64,000 nt of DNA from Candidatus Humimicrobiaceae bacterium (GTDB lineage Bacteria > Patescibacteriota > Minisyncoccia > Minisyncoccales > DG-74-1), in NCBI GenBank assembly GCA_035530555.1, contig DATKUR010000006.1, positions 31,673 through 95,672 on the forward strand, in the 5' to 3' direction. The translations under genes and the position numbers were made by a program. Of the stretch, positions 21,431 to 30,171 are shown in pieces (position 1 is the first letter of the stretch; each line of letters starts with the position of its first letter). The notes beneath the pieces were generated by a model. That model was not told the origin of the DNA. It searched no databases and was given only the letters and a program-made list of their open reading frames with translations.

Positions 21431-22075
21431 TTAGGAAATTTTAAGCAACTTGTAAACACCTTTATCAAATTCATATTGTAGTAATCCGCCAAAAGGCACT
21501 TCAGTATTAATGATATCTCTGTCAGGAATTTTTTCAATATATTTTATAACCGCTCTGGCGGAATTATGGCTGGCGACTATCAGAACATTCTTCCCGTTTC
21601 TTAAATCTTTCTCAATATATTTTTTATAAAATGGTGTAGCCCTTTTAACCACGTCTGCCAAGCTTTCTCCTTCGGGAGGATTAACGTTGTAACTTCTGCG
21701 CCAAAGATGAACCTTTTCTTTGCCGTATTTTCTCATTGTTTCCTGTTTATTTAACCCCTGAAGTTTTCCGTAATATCTCTCGTTCAGGGCCTCAGAAACA
21801 AAAACCGGTATGTAATCCTGGTTCAGTTCTCCAAAATGAGCCCAATTTTTCATTTTGCCCTTAAAGTGGTGGAAAATAGGATATTTATCTTTTTTTTCAA
21901 AAACTTTCAAAACGGTGTGTAAATTTCTGATTAAAGGAGAAGTATAAACAACGTCAAAATCAAAAGTTGGTATCTCAAAATCGGCCTTCATTAAAGGCAC
22001 GTCAACCCAGCCAGTAAACCTATTTTCCAAATTCCACTGTGACTTAAAGTGTCTTAATAAAATTAATTTAGCCAT
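21431..22075 (-). CDS. gpmA: histidine-phosphatase family phosphoglycerate mutase
   Basis: LILLRHFKSQWN (RHG-type motif), a later SHNSARA, and adjacency to eno. Confidence 0.7.
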   Translation of the reverse strand: MAKLILLRHFKSQWNLENRFTGWVDVPLMKADFEIPTFDFDVVYTSPLIRNLHTVLKVFEKKDKYPIFHHFKGKMKNWAHFGELNQDYIPVFVSEALNERYYGKLQGLNKQETMRKYGKEKVHLWRRSYNVNPPEGESLADVVKRATPFYKKYIEKDLRNGKNVLIVASHNSARAVIKYIEKIPDRDIINTEVPFGGLLQYEFDKGVYKLLKIS

Positions 22076-22076
22076 A

Positions 22077-23222
22077 TTATTTTAATTCCTCGGCAATTCT
22101 TAATAATCGGTTATACTTGGCCACCCTTTCGCCTCTGGCTGGCGCTCCGGATTTGATGAAGTCGGCGCCGATCCCGACTGCAAAATCGGCAATAAAGTCA
22201 TCGTTGGTTTCGCCAGAGCGGTGGGAAACCATTATTTTCCAACCGAATGATCTGGCTAATTTTGCAGCTTCCAAAGTTTTTGCTACCGTCCCGATTTGAT
22301 TGATCTTCAGTAAAAGGCCGTTACAGGCTTCCTCCTGATGGGCCCTTTTTATTTTTTCGGGATTGGTAACCAAAAGATCGTCTCCAATTATTGTTATCTT
22401 TTTGCCTAATTTTTCGGTAATTTGCCGGAAATCAGACCAGTCATCTTCGGCAAAAGGGTCTTCTAAGCCGATAATCGGATATTTTACAACCAAATTTTGA
22501 AAATAATCTAAATTATAGATTTGCTTTTTTTCTTCAGAAAACTGGGAGGCAGCCACGTCTATAATAATTTTAACATTGTATTTGGATAAAAGATCCAAAG
22601 CTTCCTCCGGAGACCTAAAAGACGGGGCAAAACCGCCTTCATCCCCTACGTTTTTGCCCAGTTTCTTTCTTAGATCCTGATAAATTTCCGAAGCTTTTTG
22701 CGTGTTGCAAATAACCATAAACTCTTGAAAATCCAGCTTATTGGAAGCATGCACTCCACCATTAATCATATTAAAAGCCGGGCTTGGCAAGTTAACAGAC
22801 AAACCCTCGGAAATCTTATTGACATATTTCCAAAGGGGTATCTTGTGGACGGCAGCTCCTGCCCGACAAAGAGCCATAGATATTGGAGTGGTAGCATTGG
22901 CGCCGAATTTTTCAGGATCTAAAAATTTGTCAATTTCTTGCTGATCAATAAAGTCTTCTCCTTTTAATTTTGGAGCGATAATCTCATTAATACCCTTTAC
23001 TGCTTCTCGAGGACTGACAACGGGCGCTTCATATTTTCCGGTGGACGCACCCGATGACGCAGAATTCCTAAATAAGCCTTGTGGAGTTTCCAGATCTATC
23101 TCCACTGTCCAGCTTCCTCGGGAGTCTAAAATCTCTCTGGCTTTAATAGAGTCAATGAAAAATTTGCTTTTATTTTCATACTGCGCCTCGCTTGCATATT
23201 TAATTTTAGGAATTTTATTCAT
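22077..23222 (-). CDS. eno: enolase (short form)
   Basis: IKAREILDSRGSWTVEIDL near the N-terminus and SHRSGET...KSGAPARGERVAKYN at the C-terminus. Confidence 0.9.
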   Translation of the reverse strand: MNKIPKIKYASEAQYENKSKFFIDSIKAREILDSRGSWTVEIDLETPQGLFRNSASSGASTGKYEAPVVSPREAVKGINEIIAPKLKGEDFIDQQEIDKFLDPEKFGANATTPISMALCRAGAAVHKIPLWKYVNKISEGLSVNLPSPAFNMINGGVHASNKLDFQEFMVICNTQKASEIYQDLRKKLGKNVGDEGGFAPSFRSPEEALDLLSKYNVKIIIDVAASQFSEEKKQIYNLDYFQNLVVKYPIIGLEDPFAEDDWSDFRQITEKLGKKITIIGDDLLVTNPEKIKRAHQEEACNGLLLKINQIGTVAKTLEAAKLARSFGWKIMVSHRSGETNDDFIADFAVGIGADFIKSGAPARGERVAKYNRLLRIAEELK

Positions 23223-23932
23223 AATTTAGATGACGAAGGAGGTAGGGTTAAAATAAGAGTGATTAAAAGGGTAGCGCTACAAATAATGAAAACTATATCT
23301 CTCCAGATAGCTCCTAATTTAAAGATGGAAATAAAGAAAAAATCAAATAAAGCGCTTACTATTATAAATAAAAAAAGAAGGCTCATTCCCAAAGATTTTC
23401 TCTTAAGATAGGGGTCTTCTGAAATTTTAAATTGTGAAAGAAAAATAATAATTAGAGGAACGAAAGTAATGACGAACAAGGAGAGCCTCAGAACGGACAC
23501 CCAAACAGAGAGAGAGTCAGATGAAGGTCCCCAATTAATAGCCCCGCTTGGTTCAAGAAAGGGATTATATGGAGTAATAGAATTCAAAATTGCTAGAATT
23601 AACCCTAAAATAAGAATCGGAACAAAGCCAAACCAGGGAGAAATTTTAGGAAATTTAAGATAAATAATATGATAAGCAATTACAGCAAAAATAAAAGCCT
23701 GAATAAAGGCATTGATTCTTATTATTTTTACTAAAAAGGAAGGGGTATTGGCAAAAAATAATCCACCAATTGTATTACTTAGAATAAAAAGCCCGAAAAA
23801 AACAACAAAACAAAGCACCTGTTTTGAAATAGCATCTTTTCCTTTTCTCCAATACTGAAAAAAACGATAAATTAAATACCCTGAGGCAAAAAGTAAAGTT
23901 AAATAAGCAATTCCGGTAAAAGAGTAATTCAT
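23219..23932 (-). CDS. polytopic membrane protein, unknown function
   Basis: 237-aa ORF that is almost entirely hydrophobic helices. Confidence 0.4.
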   Translation of the reverse strand: MNYSFTGIAYLTLLFASGYLIYRFFQYWRKGKDAISKQVLCFVVFFGLFILSNTIGGLFFANTPSFLVKIIRINAFIQAFIFAVIAYHIIYLKFPKISPWFGFVPILILGLILAILNSITPYNPFLEPSGAINWGPSSDSLSVWVSVLRLSLFVITFVPLIIIFLSQFKISEDPYLKRKSLGMSLLFLFIIVSALFDFFFISIFKLGAIWRDIVFIICSATLLITLILTLPPSSSKL

Positions 23933-24858
23933 ATATTATTTATTTTTTGTAAGTAATTGGAGACAGAAAGAGCTGCTTTGGATCCTTCGCTAGCTGCCAC
24001 CACGATTTGTTTCCATTCAATATCGGTCACGTCACCGGCCACAAAAAGACCAGGCGTTTTGGTCATATTAGTCTTGGAATCAACTTTAATCTCATCCTTT
24101 TCGTTAAACTCCACTAAATCCTTAACAAAACTAGTAGCCGGAACACTTCCGATCTCTACAAAAATCCCTTCCAGGGATAAGGTTATTTCTTTATCGGTTT
24201 TACGGTCTTCGTAAATAATCGAGCTGACGAATTGGCCGCCTTCAATCTTTTTCAAGGCAGCATTAGTGATTACCTGGATTTTTTTTGATTTTTTAGCCAA
24301 TTCTTGGTTAAATTCATCTGCACCCACTTTTGAAGAATATTCTAAAACGTATATTTTCTTGGCCCAATTACTTAAAGCGATGGCCGCTTCAAGGCCGGCA
24401 TTGCCGCCACCCACCACCGCTACTACCTTCCCGGCAAACATCGGAGCATCGCAAGTCGTACAATAACTCACGCCACGTCCGATAAATTCTTTTTCGCCAG
24501 ACACCTCTAAGGGCCGAGGATCAGCCCCTGAGGCCACAATAACAGCTTTAGAGGAGAATCTGTGCTTACTAGCTGTAGTTATATAGAAATTACTATCAAC
24601 CTTCTTAATCTTAGTGACCGAATCCCTTTCAATGGCTATTTTTTGTTTTCTCAGGTGTTTTTCAAATTTTATACTTAATTCCAACCCCGAAATTTTTTCA
24701 AACCCTGGATAGTTTTCAATAGCCACGGCTTTTCTAGTCATCTGTCCGCCAAATTTCTTGGCGACCAAGAGAGTATTCAATTTTTGCCTGACAGCATAAA
24801 TACCGGCGGTAATCCCGGCCGGCCCTCCACCAACGATTATTAGATCATAATGAGCCAT
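23929..24858 (-). CDS. trxB: thioredoxin-disulfide reductase
   Basis: GGGPAG FAD motif, redox CTTC, and GGGNAG NADPH motif. Confidence 0.9.
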   Translation of the reverse strand: MAHYDLIIVGGGPAGITAGIYAVRQKLNTLLVAKKFGGQMTRKAVAIENYPGFEKISGLELSIKFEKHLRKQKIAIERDSVTKIKKVDSNFYITTASKHRFSSKAVIVASGADPRPLEVSGEKEFIGRGVSYCTTCDAPMFAGKVVAVVGGGNAGLEAAIALSNWAKKIYVLEYSSKVGADEFNQELAKKSKKIQVITNAALKKIEGGQFVSSIIYEDRKTDKEITLSLEGIFVEIGSVPATSFVKDLVEFNEKDEIKVDSKTNMTKTPGLFVAGDVTDIEWKQIVVAASEGSKAALSVSNYLQKINNI

Positions 24859-24871
24859 AAGCTATGGATTA

Positions 24872-25735
24872 TTAATGTAAGACCTCCGGAATGGCTTCAA
24901 TCAGATCTGTCGCCAGCATCCCTTCCTTTAATCTTTGACTGGCGACTTCACCGGCTTTTCCATTAATGTAGGCAGCTGCCTGGGCAGAAATGAAAACGTC
25001 AATTCTTCTGGCCATTAAAGCGCCGCAAATCCCGGCCAGGGTGTCACCAGTACCACCCGAGGTCATAAAAGGACTCCCCGTTCTATTCACAGCCACTTCT
25101 TTGCCGCCGGAAATAATATCGATCTCACCCTTAAGCAAAATAGTTGTGCCTAGTCTTTGAGCCTCTTCCTGGACTATCTTAACTCTTTCTTGTTCAGTTT
25201 TACCGAACACTTCTTTACCCGTCAATATAAAAAATTCATGACTATGTGGGGTAAAAAGAAAATTCTTATTTTTGAATATTTCCGGCTTCTGCGCCAGCGC
25301 GTAAATAGCGTCAGCGTCTACTACCACCGGCAAAGAAACCTCTGATAAATATCTTATAGTTATCTCTTGGGTTTCTTTACTTCTGCCTAATCCGCCGCCA
25401 ATAACCACCGCCGCATTCCCCCTGCCCATTGTTTTGGCTGATTCCGTCATAAAAATTAAGTCACTCAGGTCCGGCTCATCCAGCCATTTACCCTCTAAAG
25501 GATAAGCAGCTAGATTGGGAGAAAAAGAGGCTATAATGTCTGCTGCTCTCTTGGGAGCTAAAATCTTTACCATGTCTACGCCGGCCCGGAAGGCCGCTAA
25601 GGCTGAAAGCGCCGGAGAACCAGAATAAAAATCTGAACCGCCAATGACAACCAAAAGCCCGAAGTCATATTTCTTAGAATCTTTTGGCCGCTCTTTATAA
25701 ATATCTTTTAAAATATTCTTAGTTACTTCAATCAT
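24872..25735 (-). CDS. nnrD: NAD(P)H-hydrate dehydratase (YjeF C-terminal/carbohydrate-kinase family)
   Basis: Motifs GGSDFYSGSPALSA, VVDADA and GGTGDTLAG. I prefer the internal ATG at 25735 (MIEVTK...). The track ORF start at 25837 would overlap the divergent pyrH start. Confidence 0.7.
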   Translation of the reverse strand: MIEVTKNILKDIYKERPKDSKKYDFGLLVVIGGSDFYSGSPALSALAAFRAGVDMVKILAPKRAADIIASFSPNLAAYPLEGKWLDEPDLSDLIFMTESAKTMGRGNAAVVIGGGLGRSKETQEITIRYLSEVSLPVVVDADAIYALAQKPEIFKNKNFLFTPHSHEFFILTGKEVFGKTEQERVKIVQEEAQRLGTTILLKGEIDIISGGKEVAVNRTGSPFMTSGGTGDTLAGICGALMARRIDVFISAQAAAYINGKAGEVASQRLKEGMLATDLIEAIPEVLH

Positions 25736-25818
25736 CTTAAAAAGAGTAAGTTTTTTGTCTCTTCGGCCTTTAAGGTATTTTAACACAAAAGCTTTTGTAG
25801 TAAAATAAAGGATAATAT

Positions 25819-26514
25819 ATGGCAAATTCAAAAACAACTCTTATTGCCTTAGGAGGTTCAATAATCTGCCCTCAGCCAGGAAAAATCAATACAGTTTTTT
25901 TAAAGAGGTTTAAAAAACTAATTTTGAAACTTACCAAAAAGGGTTATCGGTTTATCATTGTTGCCGGCGGTGGGAAAATCTGTCGGCTTTATCAAAGGGC
26001 AGCGGCCCAAATTGTAAAACTGCCTTATGAAGACGTAGATTGGTTAGGAATACATGCTACCCGACTTAATGCTCATTTATTAAGAACGATTTTCCGACAA
26101 TCGGCTTATCCGACGGTTTTAGATGAGCCCAAAAAGCCGGTTAAAAGTAACTGGAAGGTCTTGATCGCGGCCGGCTGGAAGCCCGGCTGGTCAACCGATT
26201 ATATTGCAGTCTTACTGGCTAAAAGATTTAAGGTAAAGAAAATCATTGATGCCGGAAACATTCCCTTCGTCTACAGTAAAGATTTTTTGAAATACAAAAA
26301 TGTCTCTCCGATTAAAAAAATTTCTTGGGAAAATTACCAAAAATTAATCGGCTCAAAATGGATTCCTGGTTTACCCGCTCCCATCGACCCCATTGCCGCC
26401 AAATTAGCCCGGAAATTAAAAATCCCCGCCCTAATAGTTAAAGGTACGGGGCTTAAAAATTTAGAAAAAGTTATTTTGGGCCAGAAATTCAAAGGAACAA
26501 TTATTGAGTCTTAG
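25819..26514 (+). CDS. pyrH: amino-acid-kinase-fold UMP kinase (archaeal type)
   Basis: Motifs LGGSII, IVAGGGKICRLY and GIHATRLNAHLL. Confidence 0.6.
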   Translation: MANSKTTLIALGGSIICPQPGKINTVFLKRFKKLILKLTKKGYRFIIVAGGGKICRLYQRAAAQIVKLPYEDVDWLGIHATRLNAHLLRTIFRQSAYPTVLDEPKKPVKSNWKVLIAAGWKPGWSTDYIAVLLAKRFKVKKIIDAGNIPFVYSKDFLKYKNVSPIKKISWENYQKLIGSKWIPGLPAPIDPIAAKLARKLKIPALIVKGTGLKNLEKVILGQKFKGTIIES

Positions 26515-27963
26515 TTAATTTTTTTTCTGACGCAAAAAAGACGGAGTTTCCCAAAATTTCTCTTTTTCTAACATTTCTTCTTCTACTTCCTCGACTTCTT
26601 TTTTTATTTGGAGAGCACTTTTTCTGACTTTTGCTTCGGTTATCTTCTTTTCCTGACTTGGAAAGCTTTCAGGGTTCTCTTTCGGGGCTTCGATTTTAGG
26701 TCGAGGCCTTTTCCTAGGAAATTTCTTTGAGGTCTTTGTTTTTGTTTTTTTTGTCTTCTTTTGGGGCTTCCGTATGGGTTTAACTTTTTTAACCGCCTTG
26801 TTTTGTGGAGTTTTTTTTGAAGGTTCCGGCTTTAGGTTAACTTTTTTGGCAATTTTTCTTTTTTTTATCCTGGGAGGTTTTTTCGCCCGCCCCTTAGATC
26901 TCTTCTTTGGGGTTTTATCAGAAAAAACCTTCGTGACGCAACCGGTTGCAAAAACCGTCGTCTTAATAATATTTTGATGTCCAGTCTCCTTTCTGGAAGA
27001 CAAAGGCTGAATCCCAAAAACAATTTTTGCCTCCGGGTTGACTTTTTCTGAGATAGTTTTGGAAATCTGGTTTACCTCTTCCAATGATATTCCTTTTTCA
27101 CCAATAATATTAAATAAAATCCCTTTGGCCCCTTTGATTCCATAGGGATATAGAGGAGAAATAAGGGCTTTCTCTACCGCATCTTTGGCTGTCCCTTCCT
27201 TTTTGGGAAGAGAAATAGTATTCAAGTATGCCAATCTTCCCTGGCCCTGTAAAACTGTTCTTAAATCGGCGAAATCAATGTTAATTAAACCCGGCTGATA
27301 AATTGTCTCAATTAGCCCGCCTAAGGCCGTAGCTAAGTTTTTATTAATAGAAGAAAGGGCGGCTTTTAAAGGAGTGGTCTTGTCAACAACCTGAAAAATC
27401 CTTTCATTTGGCAAGATAGTAATACTGTTTAACTTCGGCCTTAAGTTGTCTAAGGCCGATTTAGCAATTTCCATTTTCTTTTCTCCTTCAAATTTAAAGG
27501 GTAAAGTAAAAATACCGTAAGTAAGGTTTCCTAAACTCTTTGAGATCTTCGCAAAAATAGGAGCAGCTCCGGAACCGGTCCCTCCGCCCAGAGAGGCAAT
27601 TAAAATGACCAGATCTTGACCCTGTAATATTTTTTTTATTCTTTCTTTTTCATTCTGACCGGCTGTCTCGGCCAATTCAAGATTCATGCCAGTTCCCAAG
27701 CCCCGAGTAAAGCTTTGACCGAAAGGAAAGCGTTCTACTTTTCTGGAAATTTCCTTCAAGGCCTGCATGTCAGTATTGGCAGCAAAAAAACTGGCTCTTT
27801 TTACTCCTTGAGCCAATTCCGAAACAATATTACCGCCTCCCCCGCCAATACCAATCACCCTGATTTTAGTTCTTTTCAGTGTACTAACCTTTTCCACTTC
27901 GCCTTCTTTATCCCCGGCCTTAGACAAAGGTTTTTTAACCTTCTTTTTAAGTTTTTTAGCCAT
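26515..27963 (-). CDS. ftsZ: cell division protein FtsZ with a long Lys-rich linker
   Basis: GIGGGGGN and GGGTGSGAAP tubulin motifs. A basic linker of about 130 aa ends in ETPSFLRQKK, a C-terminal peptide resembling the FtsA-binding motif. Confidence 0.95.
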   Translation of the reverse strand: MAKKLKKKVKKPLSKAGDKEGEVEKVSTLKRTKIRVIGIGGGGGNIVSELAQGVKRASFFAANTDMQALKEISRKVERFPFGQSFTRGLGTGMNLELAETAGQNEKERIKKILQGQDLVILIASLGGGTGSGAAPIFAKISKSLGNLTYGIFTLPFKFEGEKKMEIAKSALDNLRPKLNSITILPNERIFQVVDKTTPLKAALSSINKNLATALGGLIETIYQPGLINIDFADLRTVLQGQGRLAYLNTISLPKKEGTAKDAVEKALISPLYPYGIKGAKGILFNIIGEKGISLEEVNQISKTISEKVNPEAKIVFGIQPLSSRKETGHQNIIKTTVFATGCVTKVFSDKTPKKRSKGRAKKPPRIKKRKIAKKVNLKPEPSKKTPQNKAVKKVKPIRKPQKKTKKTKTKTSKKFPRKRPRPKIEAPKENPESFPSQEKKITEAKVRKSALQIKKEVEEVEEEMLEKEKFWETPSFLRQKKN

Positions 27964-27969
27964 TAATAA

Positions 27970-27998
27970 AATATAAAGCTTTTAAAGTTTAAAGTCAA
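27970..27998 (-). promoter_or_regulatory. promoter abutting the ftsZ start codon (TTGACT-17 nt-TATATT-6 nt-ATG); implies leaderless mRNA
   Basis: The minus-sense sequence reads TTGACTttaaactttaaaagcttTATATTttattaATG. Confidence 0.45.
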
Positions 27999-28039
27999 TG
28001 TGGCTAGGGGTATTGGACGATGTTCGGACCTGTTTTTGT

Positions 28040-28075
28040 TCGTAGAGACAAAAAACCGCTCTCTAAGAAAGCGGT
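28040..28075 (-). terminator. intrinsic terminator after the small membrane peptide gene
   Basis: The minus-sense sequence is ACCGCTTTCTTAGAGAGCGGT followed by TTTTTTGT. Confidence 0.6.
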
Positions 28076-28160
28076 GGGAAATCGTAATTTGATAATTGGG
28101 ACTCCTCAAGCTACTAACTTTCGCCCGAGGAGTCCCCGTGACCCGATTAGGCAAGGCAAT

Positions 28161-28343
28161 CTAACTAACGGATGGGATGAAGACGAATGAGAAAATAGTA
28201 AGAACTACCCCAAATACTATTAGAATGATTGCAGAGGTAGAGCCTTCAAGTAAAATAGTATGTTTCTTATATATCCGGACCCCCATCGCTATGGAGAAGA
28301 TTGCCACTCCCAGAAAAAGAAGATACGCTAGTACTGTAACCAT
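28161..28343 (-). CDS. 60-aa two-TM hydrophobic peptide
   Basis: MVTVLAYLLFLGVAIFSIAMGVRIYKKHTILLEGSTSAIILIVFGVVLTIFSFVFIPSVS. The gene is preceded by a consensus promoter and a strong SD. Confidence 0.6.
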   Translation of the reverse strand: MVTVLAYLLFLGVAIFSIAMGVRIYKKHTILLEGSTSAIILIVFGVVLTIFSFVFIPSVS

Positions 28344-28349
28344 CTCGGT

Positions 28350-28395
28350 TCACCTCCTGCCACACATTATACCATACAAAATATCATTTTGTCAA
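28350..28395 (-). promoter_or_regulatory. consensus promoter (TTGACA-18 nt-TATAAT) plus strong SD (AGGAGGTGA) for the 60-aa peptide gene
   Basis: The minus-sense sequence reads TTGACAaaatgatattttgtatggTATAATgtgtggcAGGAGGTGAaccgagATG. Confidence 0.7.
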
Positions 28396-28404
28396 TGCGA
28401 ACAT

Positions 28405-28634
28405 CTACCAAAAAACCGCCCTTTTAGCGATTAATTTGATGAGTTTATCTTTCGAATAAAGTTCGATGTCCTAGACGGGTACCGGGATTTTTTCTCGAAC
28501 TATTTGTCAAAATATGAGGCGGATCGGTCTCTCGAACCGCGCTCAAGGTAGCTGCGGGGACTCTATTCGAACTATAGCTTCATTTTATGTTCGAAATCCT
28601 GTATTTTTCAGTTCGAATCTCGGAGGGGTCTCTA
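28405..28634 (-). repeat. island repeat copy 1 (segments A+B+C)
   Basis: Aligns with 29385-29627 (copy 2) and, for segments A and B, with 32251-32355 (copy 3, which abuts tRNA-Gln). Contains gctgcgggg, the last 8 nt of tRNA-Gln plus its trailer. Confidence 0.85.
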
Positions 28635-29375
28635 TATTTTAATTATTTCTTTCTGGACCGAACTAGTTATAATCAATCCATAATCTCTAGTTATGTAGCA
28701 ATTTATCTCGCTTCTAATTCCAAAGTTATTCTTTAAATAAAGACCAGGCTCGATGGTAAACAAAATATCTTTCTTTAATCCAGCATTACTTTTTTTGCCA
28801 AAACGAAAATATTTTCCATGGCATTCGTTGATTCCCAAACTATGTCCTAAACCATGAAGAAAGTTATTTTCTAAACCATACTTATCGAAATAATCCCTAA
28901 CCGTCTTATCAATTAATTTAGTTTTGGGAAGCTTTTTTGTCTTTAAATTCTGACGAAGTAATTTCAGAGCAGTTTCTCTTCCTTGAATAACTCTTTTAAA
29001 AATCTTTTTTATATCTTGTGGGATGTTTTTACCACAATAACCCATCCAGGTAATATCTGCGAAAGGAGCATCTTTTTCATTAATTCTTGCCCAAATATCA
29101 ATCAATACCAAATCGTTCTTTTTTATAATCTTAGAACTATTTTTCTGAGGAAAGTAATGGACTAAAGATGTATTTTTGTCTGCAGCTACAATTGGCAATG
29201 AATATCTTTTTTCGGCAACAAGGTTCTCTTTCTTAAATTCTGATAATATAAACTGACTGACCTTATATTCGGAGACCTTACCAAGATTATTTTTGATAAA
29301 ACCAAATGCTCTATTTTTAACCTGATCCAATCTTTCAGCTGCAATCTTATGTTGTTTAATTTGGTCTTTTGTCAT
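28632..29375 (-). CDS. M24-family metallopeptidase (Xaa-Pro/methionine aminopeptidase fold)
   Basis: 247-aa ORF with HGLGHSLG and EPGLY-type metal-ligand motifs. Confidence 0.7.
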   Translation of the reverse strand: MTKDQIKQHKIAAERLDQVKNRAFGFIKNNLGKVSEYKVSQFILSEFKKENLVAEKRYSLPIVAADKNTSLVHYFPQKNSSKIIKKNDLVLIDIWARINEKDAPFADITWMGYCGKNIPQDIKKIFKRVIQGRETALKLLRQNLKTKKLPKTKLIDKTVRDYFDKYGLENNFLHGLGHSLGINECHGKYFRFGKKSNAGLKKDILFTIEPGLYLKNNFGIRSEINCYITRDYGLIITSSVQKEIIKI

Positions 29376-29384
29376 AGTTTTACC

Positions 29385-29627
29385 CTACCAAAAAAGCGCC
29401 ATTTTGGCGATTAGTTGGTGAGGTTTTCTCCCGAATAAAGTTCGGCATCCTAGATGGGTATGGGTTTAGGACGTCCTGGACCCGTCAAGAAATTAGCTTC
29501 AAAATAGGCCTCTCGGTCGGCCTCGATACTGCGCTGACTGGTGCTGCCGCGCTGCGACTCGAACTATAGCTTCATTTTATGTTCGAAATCCTGTATTTTT
29601 CAGTTCGAATCCCAGGCGGGTGTTCTA
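29385..29627 (-). repeat. island repeat copy 2 (A, divergent B, C)
   Basis: The 52 nt cgaactatagcttcattttatgttcgaaatcctgtatttttcagttcgaatc are identical to copy 1. Segment A is similar by eye, and the middle segment is divergent and GC-rich. Confidence 0.85.
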
Positions 29628-29633
29628 ATTTTG

Positions 29634-30164
29634 TTATTTTAAAATATACTTTTCTAGCAACTCAAAGTCAATTTTATCAAAATGATTGTTTCCTTCAACT
29701 ATGACCAATTCTGCATTAAGATAATTTGCCAAGTCTTTGCCGTGTTGAAGGGGCACTGCCGGATCTTCCGTTTGGTTAAAAATTATGAATTTCTCCGAAG
29801 ATTCTTTTATTTTCTCCCAACTAAAATCTCCTTCCAGAAAATTTTCTATCATTTGAAATTCCGAACCCAGCCTCCTTATTGGTGTAGCCATTAATATACA
29901 TTTCCCTACTTTATTTTTTGCTTCCTCTAAGTATCCAAGAACAGTTGTTCCGCCTAAGCTGTGGCCAATAAGAATTGAGTTTGCATCTGGATTAAAATCT
30001 TCTATAACTCTCACCCATTCTTCTTTTTGGGGATGTAAAGAATTGGGCATGTCCGGCACGGTTACCTCGTACCCCATTTTTTCTAATCTTTCTTTTTCTT
30101 CTAAAAACCAGTGCTCTTTTGAATTACTTTCAACCCCGTGGATAATTAAAACTCTTTTTACCAT
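29634..30164 (-). CDS. small alpha/beta-fold serine hydrolase (YdeN/RBBP9-like)
   Basis: 176-aa ORF with the GHSLGG nucleophile elbow. Confidence 0.65.
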   Translation of the reverse strand: MVKRVLIIHGVESNSKEHWFLEEKERLEKMGYEVTVPDMPNSLHPQKEEWVRVIEDFNPDANSILIGHSLGGTTVLGYLEEAKNKVGKCILMATPIRRLGSEFQMIENFLEGDFSWEKIKESSEKFIIFNQTEDPAVPLQHGKDLANYLNAELVIVEGNNHFDKIDFELLEKYILK

Positions 30165-30171
30165 ATTTAAG

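Noticed and set aside
25736-25837. Long N-terminal extension of the NAD(P)H-hydrate dehydratase ORF
   Set aside because: The extension is hydrophobic and unconserved-looking, and it overlaps the divergent pyrH start. The internal ATG at 25735 gives a typical N-terminus.
27963-28154. 63-aa ORF on the minus strand just upstream of ftsZ
   Set aside because: It overlaps a terminator, a GC-rich hairpin and the ftsZ promoter. The sequence is better explained as the 3' UTR of the small peptide gene plus the ftsZ promoter region.
27964-28160. SRP (4.5S) RNA because of CAGGTCCGAAC
   Set aside because: There is only a partial match to the CAGGTCCGGAAGGAAGCAGC core, no GNRA-capped symmetric-loop helix, and the ends do not pair.
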